64,000 bases of DNA from an uncultured Pseudomonadota bacterium (GCA_963770835.1 CAVYRH010000026.1:819102-883101), one strand, 5' to 3'; shown: positions 9,261 to 20,098, counted from the first letter of the stretch. A program made the numbers and translations. The notes: generated from the sequence alone by a model not told the origin.

Positions 9261-11591
9261 ATGACCTTAAGAATCCCCCCGATTTCCAGCCGGCCCATTT
9301 TTTGGGGAGCACTGGGAATCGGCGTTCTTAACTTGTTCTTGTTTGGGGACCTTTTTTGGGCGGGGTGTAATCAAGTTTTATCCAGCCCGCAGGCTGATTT
9401 ATTCCTCCATTTTGTTGCTTGGCGGCAGTTTGCCTTTGAACAGCTTCGACAGGGACATTTGGTTCTTTGGAATCCTTATTACCTATGCGGAGCACCTTTC
9501 TTCGGGGGATTTGAAGCAGCCCTGCTTTATCCCCCAAACTGGCTTTACATGATCCTACCGCTGAGCCTGGCCATCAACCTGGGAATCATCCTTCATGTAA
9601 TTCTTGCTGGCTTTCTTACCTATCTTTGGGCCCTTCGCCGGGGGCTGCATCCAATGGGGGCTTTAGTCGCCGGAGTCATTTTTATGTGGAGCGGAGCCTT
9701 TTACCTTCATTTATTCGCAGGACATTTGCCTAATCTTTGCGCGATGACTTGGGCACCTCTCATTTTCCTGTGTGTTGACGGGTTGATTGAAAAAATTTCT
9801 TTGCGCTGGATTTTGCTGGGAATATTTGCTGTGTCAATGCAGATTTTAGCGGGTCATCCTCAATATGTTTATTTCACCGCCATCATTGTATGGATTTATG
9901 GGCTGATCAATTTAAAGGGCCTCGGATCCAAAGGGTATTTTTTGGCTTCTTGGGCTGCGGTATACGTGGGAGCTTCCTTGTTAACAGCTGTTCAATTATG
10001 GACGGGGATTGAAGCTTTCACGGAATGCGGCCGAAATATTCCCCTTGAAATCAGATCGGCAAGCTCATTTTCATTTCCGCCTGAGAATATCTTGACCCTT
10101 TTTTTACCGGGACTTTTTGGAAACCTGACAACCGTACCTTATTGGGGCCGATGGTACCTATGGGAAGTTTCATTTTATATCGGCGCTGTTGCATTTTTCC
10201 TGGTGGTCTACTGCGTCGTTGCTGAATCCTCCCCAAAAAAGTTGAAGCTCTTATTCGTGGCTTGTATTGTTTTCCTTTTTTCTCTGGGCGCTTATACACC
10301 GTTGTATGGATTTCTCTACGACTATGTTCCGTTATTCAAAAATTTTCGGGGAGTTTGCAAGTTTGACTATTTGTCCACACTTTTACTGGCCATGTTGGCC
10401 GGGATGGGTATGGATCAACTCCTTCGCCATAAAAAAACGCCTTATTGGACATTTATTTTTTCACTTGTAGTTGGAGTCGTTTTGACCACTTTGGGGTTTT
10501 TCATTTATTTTTCGGCCCAAAACCTATTATCTGGTTACTGGGTACAGTGGTTTGGTTCAGTACATTGGCTCGAAAAGACGATAGGATTATTGGGAAATTC
10601 CCAAAAACAGACTTATGTGTTGGAATCTGGCTTACAAGCTGCCCAGACATTATGGGTAGGTGGGGGGGCGTTTTTACTTTTGGCTTTTTTGTTGAGGGTG
10701 CTGGCCGAAAACCGTAGAAAATCTTACGCTTTAATAATCCTTTGTATTTTGGAACTTTTCGTTTTCGCGCGTACTAACCGGCCGACCTTTGATCTCGCCA
10801 TCCTTCAAAAGAAATTTGCAGCAGTTGAAGATTTTTATTCGAAAAACCCGGGGGATTACCGGGTTTACGGAACCGGCAGCGCTTCCCTGGTTACGAGGAT
10901 AGATGATGTCTGGGAAGATGAACCCATGGTTTTGGGAAGATACGGTCGTTTTATTTGTCGAACCCAGAATTTAACGGAAAATCAATTGTTTTCGGTGGTC
11001 CCGATATTTCAGAAATTTCCTTCAATTTTGGGGATGCTAAGATTGAAATATCGGGTTTTCATGAATGAAGATCCCATTCGCATTGCTCCCTTTCCTTTCA
11101 AGGGCCTGCCGCGAATGAAGCTGATGGCCAATTGGAAGATTGTTTCTGATGGAAGTAAGGCTTTGGATGAAATTTTCAATGATTCCTTTGATCCGTTTCG
11201 AAAAGTAATTTTGGAAAGTTCTCCCGATTTTCCGCCTTCACCCGGTGAAGCGAAGGGAACCGTTAGCTGGGAAGATCTTTCCACGGATAAAATCGAAATC
11301 AAAGCCGACTTGCCCGAAGCAGAACTTTTGTTGATCACAGATAATTATAGTGAGGGCTGGAGCGCGGAGGCCTTTCAGGACAGCGGCCAAAACCGGTATC
11401 GAGTGCTGCCGGCCGATTATTTTTTGAGGGCCGTACCACTTTCTAAAGGCCACCATCATTTTTTTCTTGAGTACCGCCCAACGGTTTTTGAAATAGGGAA
11501 ATGGGTTTCCATTGTTTCCTTGATCTTGTATGTTGTTATGCTCTTGATGGGGTTGAAACGCACTCTCGTTTCTATGAAAGCGACACCATGA
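9261..11591 (+). CDS. YfhO-like membrane glycosyltransferase (GT-C fold)
   Basis: LWNPY..CGAPF, LYPPN, LAGHPQ, C-terminal DNYSEGW...RAV.L.KG.H; many TMs. Confidence 0.8.
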   Translation: MTLRIPPISSRPIFWGALGIGVLNLFLFGDLFWAGCNQVLSSPQADLFLHFVAWRQFAFEQLRQGHLVLWNPYYLCGAPFFGGFEAALLYPPNWLYMILPLSLAINLGIILHVILAGFLTYLWALRRGLHPMGALVAGVIFMWSGAFYLHLFAGHLPNLCAMTWAPLIFLCVDGLIEKISLRWILLGIFAVSMQILAGHPQYVYFTAIIVWIYGLINLKGLGSKGYFLASWAAVYVGASLLTAVQLWTGIEAFTECGRNIPLEIRSASSFSFPPENILTLFLPGLFGNLTTVPYWGRWYLWEVSFYIGAVAFFLVVYCVVAESSPKKLKLLFVACIVFLFSLGAYTPLYGFLYDYVPLFKNFRGVCKFDYLSTLLLAMLAGMGMDQLLRHKKTPYWTFIFSLVVGVVLTTLGFFIYFSAQNLLSGYWVQWFGSVHWLEKTIGLLGNSQKQTYVLESGLQAAQTLWVGGGAFLLLAFLLRVLAENRRKSYALIILCILELFVFARTNRPTFDLAILQKKFAAVEDFYSKNPGDYRVYGTGSASLVTRIDDVWEDEPMVLGRYGRFICRTQNLTENQLFSVVPIFQKFPSILGMLRLKYRVFMNEDPIRIAPFPFKGLPRMKLMANWKIVSDGSKALDEIFNDSFDPFRKVILESSPDFPPSPGEAKGTVSWEDLSTDKIEIKADLPEAELLLITDNYSEGWSAEAFQDSGQNRYRVLPADYFLRAVPLSKGHHHFFLEYRPTVFEIGKWVSIVSLILYVVMLLMGLKRTLVSMKATP

Positions 11592-12466
11592 AAATCTCCG
11601 AAATTTTTAAACAAAAAAAAAGAGTTCTTTCTTTTGAACTTTCCGCACCAAGGGACGGTAATGTTGATAGGCTTTTTCAGACGGTCGAAGAGCTGAAGAA
11701 AATGAAGCCGGACTATATTTCAATCACCTACGGAGCAGGCGGGTCATCACGGGACATGACCTACGGTATTGCGGTTCGTTTGAAAAAAGTGGGCACATTG
11801 CCGCTCATGCATTTTACTTGTGTTGGACATTCCAGGTCCGAAATCAAACAACTTTTGGACCAAGTCAAAACGGCTGGTATTGAAAACGTATTAGCTTTAC
11901 GAGGCGATCCCCCCAAAGGTCAGACGACTTTTGTTCCTGCTTCTGATGGTTTCCGCTATGCCAATGAGCTTATCCAATTTATTCGTTCGGAGGGCTACGA
12001 TTTCTGCCTTGGAGTAGCGGGTTATCCCGAAGGCCATCCCGAGGCTTCCAGTAGGGAGGAGGATCTTCAGAACCTAAAGCGAAAAATTGACGCCGGAGGC
12101 CAGTTTATCGTCAGTCAGTTGTTTTTCGACAATCGCGACTATTTCCGGTTCGTTAAACAACTTCTGCGGATGGGAATTCATCTTCCGGTCCAGCCCGGTA
12201 TTTGGTTGCTAACCGATTACGCACAGACCAAGAGAATATGCAATTTGTGCGGTGCTAAAATTCCAAAAGAGATTGCAGACCGGTTGGAATCTATCAAAGA
12301 CGATGAGGAAAAAGTGACTCGGCTTGGGATCGATTATGCCACCCGCCAATGCGAAGAACTTTTAAACCAGGGAGCCCCAGGAATTCATTTTTATGTTTTG
12401 AATAAAAACTATGTGGTTGAACAGGTTCTCGATAACCTGAAAGCCAAAGGGTTGGTGTTCCATTAA
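11588..12466 (+). CDS. metF: 5,10-methylenetetrahydrofolate reductase
   Basis: SITYGAGGS, HFTC, LALRGDPP, AGYPEGH, QLFFD, GIHFY; ATG 11588 overlaps upstream stop. Confidence 0.96.
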   Translation: MKISEIFKQKKRVLSFELSAPRDGNVDRLFQTVEELKKMKPDYISITYGAGGSSRDMTYGIAVRLKKVGTLPLMHFTCVGHSRSEIKQLLDQVKTAGIENVLALRGDPPKGQTTFVPASDGFRYANELIQFIRSEGYDFCLGVAGYPEGHPEASSREEDLQNLKRKIDAGGQFIVSQLFFDNRDYFRFVKQLLRMGIHLPVQPGIWLLTDYAQTKRICNLCGAKIPKEIADRLESIKDDEEKVTRLGIDYATRQCEELLNQGAPGIHFYVLNKNYVVEQVLDNLKAKGLVFH

Positions 12467-12619
12467 ACTTCTTTAAGCGGTATCCACGCTTTATCTTTTA
12501 CAAATGTTCCGCGTTCTTCGCCAAGTCGGTATCTGCCAGCGGTTTTCTTCCTTTGAACACGAGATGTTTGGATATATACTTTAAGATGAATTTATCCCAT
12601 CCGTGACTTGGAGAAGGGC

Positions 12620-13054
12620 ATGACTGACACCGCTTCCATTTTCAGCCGCCTTCGACATGTTTTACAGAACACTTATTTCTTTCAGTCCCTTAAATTAAAT
12701 GAATTGGATGAATTGATCGGGCACTTGCGGATGATCCGTGTCCAAAAAGGATATGAAATCATCAAACAAGGCGATCCGGGAGATGCTTTTTACCTCATCG
12801 CATCGGGGAAGGTGTCGGTTTGGATGAAAAAGGGCTTCCGGAAGACCCAGGTGGCAACCCTTGGAACAGATGAGTTTTTTGGGGAAATGGCCCTCATTTC
12901 CAACGAGCCTCGCAACGCCACAGTGGTGGCTGAGGAAGTAACGGAGCTTTTCATTCTTCAGCGCTACGATTTCGACAAGATACTGATGAAAAATCCCGTG
13001 ATCGCACAGGAATTAAAGAAAGCCTATTTCGAACGCAAAGAAAAGAACAAGTAA
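12620..13054 (+). CDS. Stand-alone cyclic nucleotide-binding domain protein
   Basis: IIKQGDPGDAFYLI, FFGEMAL, PRNATV. Confidence 0.9.
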   Translation: MTDTASIFSRLRHVLQNTYFFQSLKLNELDELIGHLRMIRVQKGYEIIKQGDPGDAFYLIASGKVSVWMKKGFRKTQVATLGTDEFFGEMALISNEPRNATVVAEEVTELFILQRYDFDKILMKNPVIAQELKKAYFERKEKNK

Positions 13055-13071
13055 CCTTCCCCTCAAGATAA

Positions 13072-13100
13072 TTGACAAGCCCCCGGAAGATTGGCATATT
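13072..13100 (+). promoter_or_regulatory. Sigma70-type promoter
   Basis: TTGACA-17 bp-CATATT with TG extension. Confidence 0.55.
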
Positions 13101-13200
13101 CACTGCCCCGGCTCTTTCCAAGATTACCGAAACGGGCCGGCCTTTTTTATTTTTCCAATGAGTTGCTGCCTAACCACTGGAAATAAGGGTCCCACCAAAG

Positions 13201-13277
13201 GGCGGGGTAGCTCAGTTGGTTAGAGCGACGGTCTCATAATCCGTAGGTCGAGAGTTCGAATCTCTCCCCCGCTACCA
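13201..13277 (+). tRNA. tRNA(CAT), most likely elongator tRNA-Met
   Basis: GGCGGGG/CCCCGCT acceptor, ACGGT-CTCATAA-TCCGT, GTTCGAATC, CCA; lacks initiator features. Confidence 0.9.
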
Positions 13278-13310
13278 TTTTTCAAACCAATTCCAGAGAG
13301 CCCACTTTTG

Positions 13311-14309
13311 ATGACCCCACTGTCCTTGCCACCTTTTTCTTTTTCCAAGAAAAGCCATTTGATTGTAGGAGTTTCTGGTGGTGCGGATTCATTAGGGCTC
13401 CTCGGTTTGTTAAACGACCAGTTCCCAAGCCAAAGGCGGCAGTTGATGGTAGCCCACGTAAATTATGGGTTAAGGGGGCAAGACTCCTTAAAAGATGAAA
13501 AAAAGGTCCGCCACTTGTGCGGGGATTGGGGGATTCCCTGCAGAATTCTTCGCGTTTCAAGATTTAAGACCAAATTTAAAAAACAAAAACGATCGCCACA
13601 GGACCTGGCCAGGGAAATCCGATACTCTTTTTTTTTAAAACTGGCCCGTAAGGAAAAGGCCTGGGGGGTGGCGGTGGCCCACCACCGGGAAGACCAAGCC
13701 GAGACTGTTTTAGACCGGTTATTGAGGGGGGCGGGGCCCCGAGGACTTTCCGGTTTGAGGCCTGTTCAAACGCTCTGGCTTCCAGGGGGCGGGAATCTCA
13801 GGATTTGGCGGCCTCTTCTTTCCTATTCAAAAAGTCAAATTCAAGATTACCTTGAATCTCGTGGAGTTTCCTGGCGCGAGGACAAATCGAACCAAGAAAA
13901 AAAATATCGACGCAACCAAATCCGTCATGAAATCCTCCCGTTTCTTTCCCGGTGGAATCCTAACCTGCCTGAAGTTCTTGCACGATTGGGGGATGTCAAC
14001 GCGGCCGAAGACGTCCTACTGGAGGAACTTTTAAAGCCGGTAGAACGGAAAGTGAAAAGCGGGTGGCGACCCAACAGTTATTCCTGCAATGCCCTGGATT
14101 TCTGCAAGATACCTTTGGCCCTTCAAAGAAGATGGATACGGCATGTCTGCGAAAAATTGACTCCCATGGCCAGAGGTCTTTCTTTTGATCGGATCGAGGA
14201 AATTCTTCTTTTATGGATAGGTACTGAAAAGGGCCCAAGAGACTTAGGGTTTGGGTTGACCGCCAACCGGAGTCAAAATCAGGGGTTTTTATCCTGGAAA
14301 AGGGATTAA
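13311..14309 (+). CDS. tilS: tRNA(Ile)-lysidine synthase
   Basis: VSGGADS, HVNYGLR, AHHREDQAET, RPLL, YRRNQIR. Confidence 0.95.
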   Translation: MTPLSLPPFSFSKKSHLIVGVSGGADSLGLLGLLNDQFPSQRRQLMVAHVNYGLRGQDSLKDEKKVRHLCGDWGIPCRILRVSRFKTKFKKQKRSPQDLAREIRYSFFLKLARKEKAWGVAVAHHREDQAETVLDRLLRGAGPRGLSGLRPVQTLWLPGGGNLRIWRPLLSYSKSQIQDYLESRGVSWREDKSNQEKKYRRNQIRHEILPFLSRWNPNLPEVLARLGDVNAAEDVLLEELLKPVERKVKSGWRPNSYSCNALDFCKIPLALQRRWIRHVCEKLTPMARGLSFDRIEEILLLWIGTEKGPRDLGFGLTANRSQNQGFLSWKRD

Positions 14310-14501
14310 TCCAGTCGTTTTCGAGGCTATCGGAGTGTTTTCGGAAGGTTTCTTACGCAATTTTTCGGGCGTGGCCCTATTCCCTCATTGCTTGCAAATG
14401 GAAAAGAGGCTCGGCTATGATACGGTTCCTTGTTTCTTTGAGGATTTATTCCTACTTTAAGCGTGGTTTTCCAGCAGATATTTTGATCAAGGAGTGCTTC
14501 T

Positions 14502-16442
14502 TTGAACCAGACCTTTAAAATCCTGGCCGGGTGGCTCCTGGCCTTCGTCATCGTCATGTATTTTGCCCAACAATTCAACAAAACCAAATCCCAGACGGAG
14601 TTGGACTATTCCCAATTCGTTTCCTCCGTGCAGGCCGGTAACGTCGAGGCTGTAACCATCCACTCCGAGGACCGCTTGATTACGGGTATCACCAAGGATA
14701 AAACCGAATTCAAGGTCGTCATGCCCGACGATCCGAACGGCAACATCGTAAACATGCTTATAAGCACTCATGTTCAAGTGAAGGAGGAAGCTCCGGTTCG
14801 ATTAGGCCTTTTCTGGAATATTGTTCTCTCTATCGCCCCTTACCTTCTTATCGTTGGTTGGTTTATTTTCATGATGCGGCAGGCGCAGGCGGGAAGTGGT
14901 GGGGCACTGGCTTTCGGCAAAAGCCGGGCTCGGTTGATGACCTCGGGACAGCAAAAGATCACCTTCGCGGATGTAGCGGGTGTTGACGAGGCCAAAACCG
15001 AACTCATGGAAGTGGTGGATTTCCTCAAGGATCCCAAAAAATACCAACAATTGGGTGGGAAGATTCCCAAGGGTGTCATTCTCTTAGGTCCCCCCGGGAC
15101 AGGCAAAACCCTCCTAGCCAAGGCTGTGGCAGGGGAAGCGGGAGTCCCTTTCTTTTCCATTTCAGGTTCGGATTTCGTGGAGATGTTCGTAGGCGTTGGA
15201 GCGGCCCGCGTCCGGGACTTGTTTGAGCAGGGTAAAAAGCACGCTCCCTGCATCATTTTTATCGATGAGATCGACGCCGTCGGACGCCAACGGGGCGCCG
15301 GTTTGGGCGGCGGACATGACGAACGGGAACAAACTTTGAATGCCATGCTGGTGGAAATGGACGGGTTCAACACGAATACAGGCGTCATCCTGATCGCAGC
15401 TACTAACCGAATGGATGTCCTGGATCCGGCCTTGCTTCGTCCAGGGCGTTTTGACCGGCAAATCGTGGTTGACCGGCCTGACTTGGGTGGGCGCGAAGCC
15501 ATTTTGCGGGTCCACGCGAAGAATGTGAAGTTGGCCGATGGTGTGGATTTAGTCGTGATTTCCCGCCGCACCCCTGGCTTCTCAGGGGCGGACCTGGCCA
15601 ATCTTATTAATGAAGCGGCCCTTTTGGCCGCCCGTCGTAACAAAAAATCCGTTGAGATGCCGGAACTAGAAGAAGCCATTGACCGGGTCATGGCGGGACC
15701 TGAGCGCCGTACCCGCGTCATTTCGGACGAAGAAAAGAAGATCGTGGCCTACCACGAATCCGGACATACCATCGTCGGCAAGATGGTGGACAAATCCCAC
15801 TCGGTTCATAAGGTTTCCATTATTCCCCGCGGCCATGCGGCCTTGGGGGCTACTTGGTATCTCCCCAACGAAGAAAAGTTCTTGGCCTCTAAGACCGAGC
15901 TCTTGCACCGCATTACAGCGCTTTTGGGAGGCCGCACCGCTGAGGAACTGACATTCGGTGACGTGACCACCGGCGCGGGGGATGACCTGAACCGTGCAAC
16001 TGAGATTGCCCGGGCCATGATCTGCGAATACGGCATGAGTGAAAAATTAGGCTCTATTACCCTCGGCAAAAAAGAGGATATGGTTTTCATCGGCCGCGAT
16101 TTAATGAAGGAAAAAAATTACTCCGAGCAGACGGCGCAGATGATCGATGGTGAGGTCAAGCGCATCGTGGAGGATTGCCACAAAAAGGCCATTGAGATAC
16201 TGAAAAAGAATCGCAAGTTTTTGAAGACAATGGCTGAGGCCCTCTTGGAACGGGAAGTGCTCGATAGTTCCGACGTGGATGATATCCTGGCGGGCAAGAA
16301 AATCGCATCCAAGGTTGTGACTAAGAACACGGCCCCGCCTCCTGCCGTTCCACCTCCCACGGCGCCGGTGACACCCAATGTGGTGTTAAAACCCCAAACC
16401 TCTCCTTCGCAAACTTGGGGGGGCGGAGGACGGATTGGATAA
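14502..16442 (+). CDS. ftsH: ATP-dependent zinc metalloprotease FtsH
   Basis: Two TMs, [29 protein letters not shown]. Confidence 0.99.
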   Translation: MNQTFKILAGWLLAFVIVMYFAQQFNKTKSQTELDYSQFVSSVQAGNVEAVTIHSEDRLITGITKDKTEFKVVMPDDPNGNIVNMLISTHVQVKEEAPVRLGLFWNIVLSIAPYLLIVGWFIFMMRQAQAGSGGALAFGKSRARLMTSGQQKITFADVAGVDEAKTELMEVVDFLKDPKKYQQLGGKIPKGVILLGPPGTGKTLLAKAVAGEAGVPFFSISGSDFVEMFVGVGAARVRDLFEQGKKHAPCIIFIDEIDAVGRQRGAGLGGGHDEREQTLNAMLVEMDGFNTNTGVILIAATNRMDVLDPALLRPGRFDRQIVVDRPDLGGREAILRVHAKNVKLADGVDLVVISRRTPGFSGADLANLINEAALLAARRNKKSVEMPELEEAIDRVMAGPERRTRVISDEEKKIVAYHESGHTIVGKMVDKSHSVHKVSIIPRGHAALGATWYLPNEEKFLASKTELLHRITALLGGRTAEELTFGDVTTGAGDDLNRATEIARAMICEYGMSEKLGSITLGKKEDMVFIGRDLMKEKNYSEQTAQMIDGEVKRIVEDCHKKAIEILKKNRKFLKTMAEALLEREVLDSSDVDDILAGKKIASKVVTKNTAPPPAVPPPTAPVTPNVVLKPQTSPSQTWGGGGRIG

Positions 16443-16992
16443 GGCCCGAATTGAAAAGGCCGTCCGAGAAATCCTGCTCGCAATCGGTGAGAATCCAAAA
16501 CGGGAAGGGTTGAAGGATACGCCCAAACGCGTGGCCCGAATGTATGAAGAGGTTTTTTCCTGCATCGGAAAGAATCCGAGTGAAGCCATCACGGTATTTG
16601 AAACCGAAGGGCACGAAGAAATGGTCATTCTTCGGGACATCCCCTTTTATTCCATGTGCGAGCACCACCTCCTTCCCTTTTACGGCAAAGCTCACGTGGC
16701 TTACATTCCCAAAAGGGACCGGCTGGCGGGCCTCTCCAAATTGGCCAGGGTGGTGGAAATGATTTCTCACTGCCCCCAACTCCAGGAAAGAATCACCACC
16801 CAGGTGGCCGATACTTTAATGAAAGTCTTGAAGCCCCACGGCGTACTGGTCATCGTGGACGCCGAACATCTTTGCATGACCATGCGGGGTGTCAAAAAAC
16901 CTGGTTCCCACATGACGACTTCCGCTGTCCGGGGTGTCTTCCAAAAGAGCGACATCACCCGCAAAGAAGCCTTGCAGTTGATCGGGAAGTAA
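16435..16992 (+). CDS. folE: GTP cyclohydrolase I
   Basis: [29 protein letters not shown]. Confidence 0.98.
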   Translation: MDKARIEKAVREILLAIGENPKREGLKDTPKRVARMYEEVFSCIGKNPSEAITVFETEGHEEMVILRDIPFYSMCEHHLLPFYGKAHVAYIPKRDRLAGLSKLARVVEMISHCPQLQERITTQVADTLMKVLKPHGVLVIVDAEHLCMTMRGVKKPGSHMTTSAVRGVFQKSDITRKEALQLIGK

Positions 16993-16997
16993 GCCGG

Positions 16998-18167
16998 ATG
17001 TCGGGGGGAAACGAGGTTTCTTTCCGGATTATCCATCCCGATCCCTTCGGTTTTTTCCAAACTCCCTTCCCATCCGAGATTACCTGTATCGCGGAGTTTC
17101 CCACCGCTGGACCCGCCCATCGTCTTACACAAACCTTAAGCCTTTCGCCCCAAATTCGCCATATTCAAATAGGTAAGAAGCCGCCATTTAAAGTCAGCTG
17201 GAGTTTTCCTAAGGCCCAGGCCCTTTCGTTTATTAAAGACCTCACGGATTTTCCGGAATTGTCCGGTCAAATCCGGAGCGGTTTAAACGCTTTTGAGGCC
17301 GACGATTTCTGGAAGTTGCCGGGCAGGGGGAAACGGACGTTTAAATGGAGCCATAAAACCCAAATCATAGGCATCCTCAATATCACGCCGGATTCCTTTT
17401 CCGACGGAGGACAGTATTTGGACCCCGTCCTCGCCGTCGAACAGGCTTTTCGAATGCAGGAAGCGGGGGCCGATTGGATCGACATGGGGGGGGAATCCAC
17501 GCGGCCAGGGGCCAAAGCGGTTACGACCCAAGAGGAGAAGAAAAGGATCCTGCCGGTCATAAAAGCCTGTGTTAAGGCCCTTCGCATCCCCGTGTCTGTG
17601 GATACTTACAAGGCGGAAGTGGCCCAGGCAGCGGTAGGGGAAGGGGCCCAGATGATCAACGACATCGGGGCGCTGAGGTTGGACCCCCGCATGGGGAAGG
17701 TTGTCGCACGACTGGGGGTGCCAGTCATCCTAATGCATATGCGGGGAAAGCCGCGGACCATGCAAAAGAACCCGGTTTACCGCGACGTGGTAGGGGATAT
17801 CCTGGCCTTTTTCCGTCAGAGGATCGCTTATGCCCGCCAATGCGGAATCCCGGAAGACCGTATTTTGTTGGACCCAGGCTTTGGTTTCGGGAAGACACCT
17901 TGGCACAATATCGAACTCACCCGTCGCCTTTGGGAATTCAAAGTCCTGGGCCGGCCCCTAGTCTTCGGTCCTTCCCGCAAGTCCACCCTCGGATTTCTCC
18001 TTGGGGGGGCGCCTCCCGAAAAAAGAGTGGAGGCTACCGGAGCGGCGGTTACCGCCGCCATACTCAAGGGGGCCGATTTCGTGAGAGTTCATGATGTTCA
18101 AAGCATGGCCCCTGTGGTAAAAATAGCTGACGCCATTCGATATGACCGGGGGCTCGCCGCACCATGA
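16998..18167 (+). CDS. folP: Dihydropteroate synthase with N-terminal extension
   Basis: ILNITPDSFSDGG, GGESTRPG, DPGFGFGK, SRKS, RVHDV; ATG 16998 after folE stop. Confidence 0.95.
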   Translation: MSGGNEVSFRIIHPDPFGFFQTPFPSEITCIAEFPTAGPAHRLTQTLSLSPQIRHIQIGKKPPFKVSWSFPKAQALSFIKDLTDFPELSGQIRSGLNAFEADDFWKLPGRGKRTFKWSHKTQIIGILNITPDSFSDGGQYLDPVLAVEQAFRMQEAGADWIDMGGESTRPGAKAVTTQEEKKRILPVIKACVKALRIPVSVDTYKAEVAQAAVGEGAQMINDIGALRLDPRMGKVVARLGVPVILMHMRGKPRTMQKNPVYRDVVGDILAFFRQRIAYARQCGIPEDRILLDPGFGFGKTPWHNIELTRRLWEFKVLGRPLVFGPSRKSTLGFLLGGAPPEKRVEATGAAVTAAILKGADFVRVHDVQSMAPVVKIADAIRYDRGLAAP

Positions 18168-18928
18168 ACAGCCTCGTTACGCTGCTTTCCAATTTCCGGT
18201 GGGTGGATCTGCTGGACATCGCGATCGTTTCCGTCCTTGTTTACCAACTATTGCTTCTCATCCGTGAAGTGCACGCAACCCGAATTGTCTCGGGTTTCGT
18301 CATCCTCTTTGTGGCCACTATTTTTGCCAGCCAAGCCCACTTCCTTACATTGGATTGGCTTTTAAGCAACTTGGGGCCCTTTTTCCTCATTGCCTTCGTG
18401 GTGGTGTTCCAGCCCGATTTACGGCGGATCATCACCCAAATCGGCCGGGGCGGTTTCTTGGGCGGCGTTTTTCAAGGGGAGGCGGCCCTCTTCAAGGAAA
18501 TCACAACGGCCGTCAAGAACTTGGTCAAAAGCCGCCGTGGGGCCTTGATCGTAATCGAGCGGGATGACAGCCTCCAAAGCGTTTTAGACTCGGGGACTCG
18601 GATTGAGGCGGATGTGACCGCCGAACTGTTGGTAACCCTTTTCGTCCCTCATTCACCCCTCCATGACGGCGCGGCCATCATTCGCGGCGGCAAAATCGCG
18701 GCGGCGGCCTGCATTCTACCCTTAAGCCAGAACCCTAATTTAAGTAAAACCTATGGGACCCGCCACCGGGCGGCCGTAGGTATCACGGAGGAAACGGACG
18801 CCCTGGCCATAGTCGTGTCGGAGGAGAATCACACCATTTCCTTTGCCATGGCGGGGAAGATCACTCCCGAAATCGACGCGGAAACATTGGAAGAGATGTT
18901 GACCCTCTATGGGACGAAAGTGGATTAA
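18164..18928 (+). CDS. cdaA: Diadenylate cyclase CdaA/DacA
   Basis: Three TMs, PLHDGA, GTRHRAA, VVSEE. Confidence 0.96.
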   Translation: MNSLVTLLSNFRWVDLLDIAIVSVLVYQLLLLIREVHATRIVSGFVILFVATIFASQAHFLTLDWLLSNLGPFFLIAFVVVFQPDLRRIITQIGRGGFLGGVFQGEAALFKEITTAVKNLVKSRRGALIVIERDDSLQSVLDSGTRIEADVTAELLVTLFVPHSPLHDGAAIIRGGKIAAAACILPLSQNPNLSKTYGTRHRAAVGITEETDALAIVVSEENHTISFAMAGKITPEIDAETLEEMLTLYGTKVD

Positions 18929-18977
18929 CAGGCTGGCCACGCGGTTGCACTGATTCGCAGCTAAGAAGGATTTTGAA

Positions 18978-19382
18978 ATGAAACGTTGGATTTTCGAGAA
19001 TTTTGGGCTTAAGGTCCTGGCGGTCGTTATTGCCTTTGGCCTTTGGGCCTACGTGGGATCCCGGCAGGTTTTGGAGCGGCGCATTACCCTTCATATCGAG
19101 TACACGGAAATTCCGGCGGGCGTCACTTTGGGCTCCAATGTCCGGACTTCCATTCCCGTGGTTCTCGTCGGCCGGCCGGAAAGCATGGTGGACCTGGATC
19201 CGGACGAATTGAGGGCGGTGGTTAGTTTAAGGGGTTGCCAACCGGCCCAAAAGGAAATGACTGTTCACCCGAAGATACCCGACCTACCCACGGGCGTCCG
19301 AGCCAATGTTTCGGACTTCCAAGTTCCCCTCGTTCCCCCGCCGGACCCTCAGGACCTCGGCCGAAAAAAATCCAGGAGATAG
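18978..19382 (+). CDS. Short CdaR/YbbR-like protein
   Basis: ENFGLKVLAVVIAFGLWAYV N-terminus typical of YbbR family; follows cdaA. Confidence 0.75.
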   Translation: MKRWIFENFGLKVLAVVIAFGLWAYVGSRQVLERRITLHIEYTEIPAGVTLGSNVRTSIPVVLVGRPESMVDLDPDELRAVVSLRGCQPAQKEMTVHPKIPDLPTGVRANVSDFQVPLVPPPDPQDLGRKKSRR

Positions 19383-19384
19383 TC

Positions 19385-20098
19385 TTGGCGTACCTTTGCG
19401 TCAACATCGACCATATTGCCACCCTGAGGCAGACCCGGCGGGAGGAGGAACCGGAACCGCTTGAAGCCGCGCGCTTAGTGGAAAAAGCCGGGGCCCATGG
19501 CATTACAGTCCACCTCCGCGAGGACCGACGGCATATCCAGGACCGTGACGTTGTGGGACTGCGAAAGAAAGTCAAAACCAAGTTAAACCTTGAAGTGGCC
19601 GCCACCGATTCCATGGTGAAATTCGCTTTAAACATCCGGCCCGATCAGGTCACCCTTGTGCCGGAGAAACGGCAGGAGTTGACCACCGAAGGTGGGCTTT
19701 CGCTCAGGTCCTCCCCCAGCCGGTTCCAAAAAGCCATCGACCTTCTCCAAGCAAAGGGAATCCCGGTTTCGTTGTTTATCAATCCCGCATCCCCGGTGGT
19801 CCAGTTATCCGCCCGCATGGGAGCCACTTTTATCGAACTCCATACCGGAGGTTACAGCCAAGCCTGTCGGCTGAAAGGAAATGTCAAAAAGGAATTCCTG
19901 GACCTGGTTTCGGGAGCCCGCCTGGCCCGGTCCCTCGGGCTCAAGGTACACGCGGGCCATGGCTTGACCTATCAAAACGTGACGCCCATCGCGGCCATGC
20001 CTGAAATCGAGGATTTGAACATCGGTCATAACATCATTGCCCGTGCTTCTATGGTAGGATTGGAGAAGGCAGTGAAGGAAATGCTGGCCTTGTTGTGA
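19385..20098 (+). CDS. pdxJ: Pyridoxine 5'-phosphate synthase
   Basis: VNIDHIATLRQ, HLREDRRHI, ELTTEGG, HAGHGL, NIGH; TTG start after GGAG. Confidence 0.97.
   Translation: MAYLCVNIDHIATLRQTRREEEPEPLEAARLVEKAGAHGITVHLREDRRHIQDRDVVGLRKKVKTKLNLEVAATDSMVKFALNIRPDQVTLVPEKRQELTTEGGLSLRSSPSRFQKAIDLLQAKGIPVSLFINPASPVVQLSARMGATFIELHTGGYSQACRLKGNVKKEFLDLVSGARLARSLGLKVHAGHGLTYQNVTPIAAMPEIEDLNIGHNIIARASMVGLEKAVKEMLALL

Noticed and set aside
13201..13277. tRNA-Ile2 call because of adjacency to tilS
   Set aside because: GGCGGGG acceptor stem and overall sequence resemble elongator tRNA-Met; not formally excluded without isotype scoring
16656..16997. Longer N-terminus for folP as given in the ORF track (likewise for aroK, pdxJ, ftsX, metF)
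   Set aside because: Overlaps the upstream gene out of frame; downstream starts fit operon spacing better
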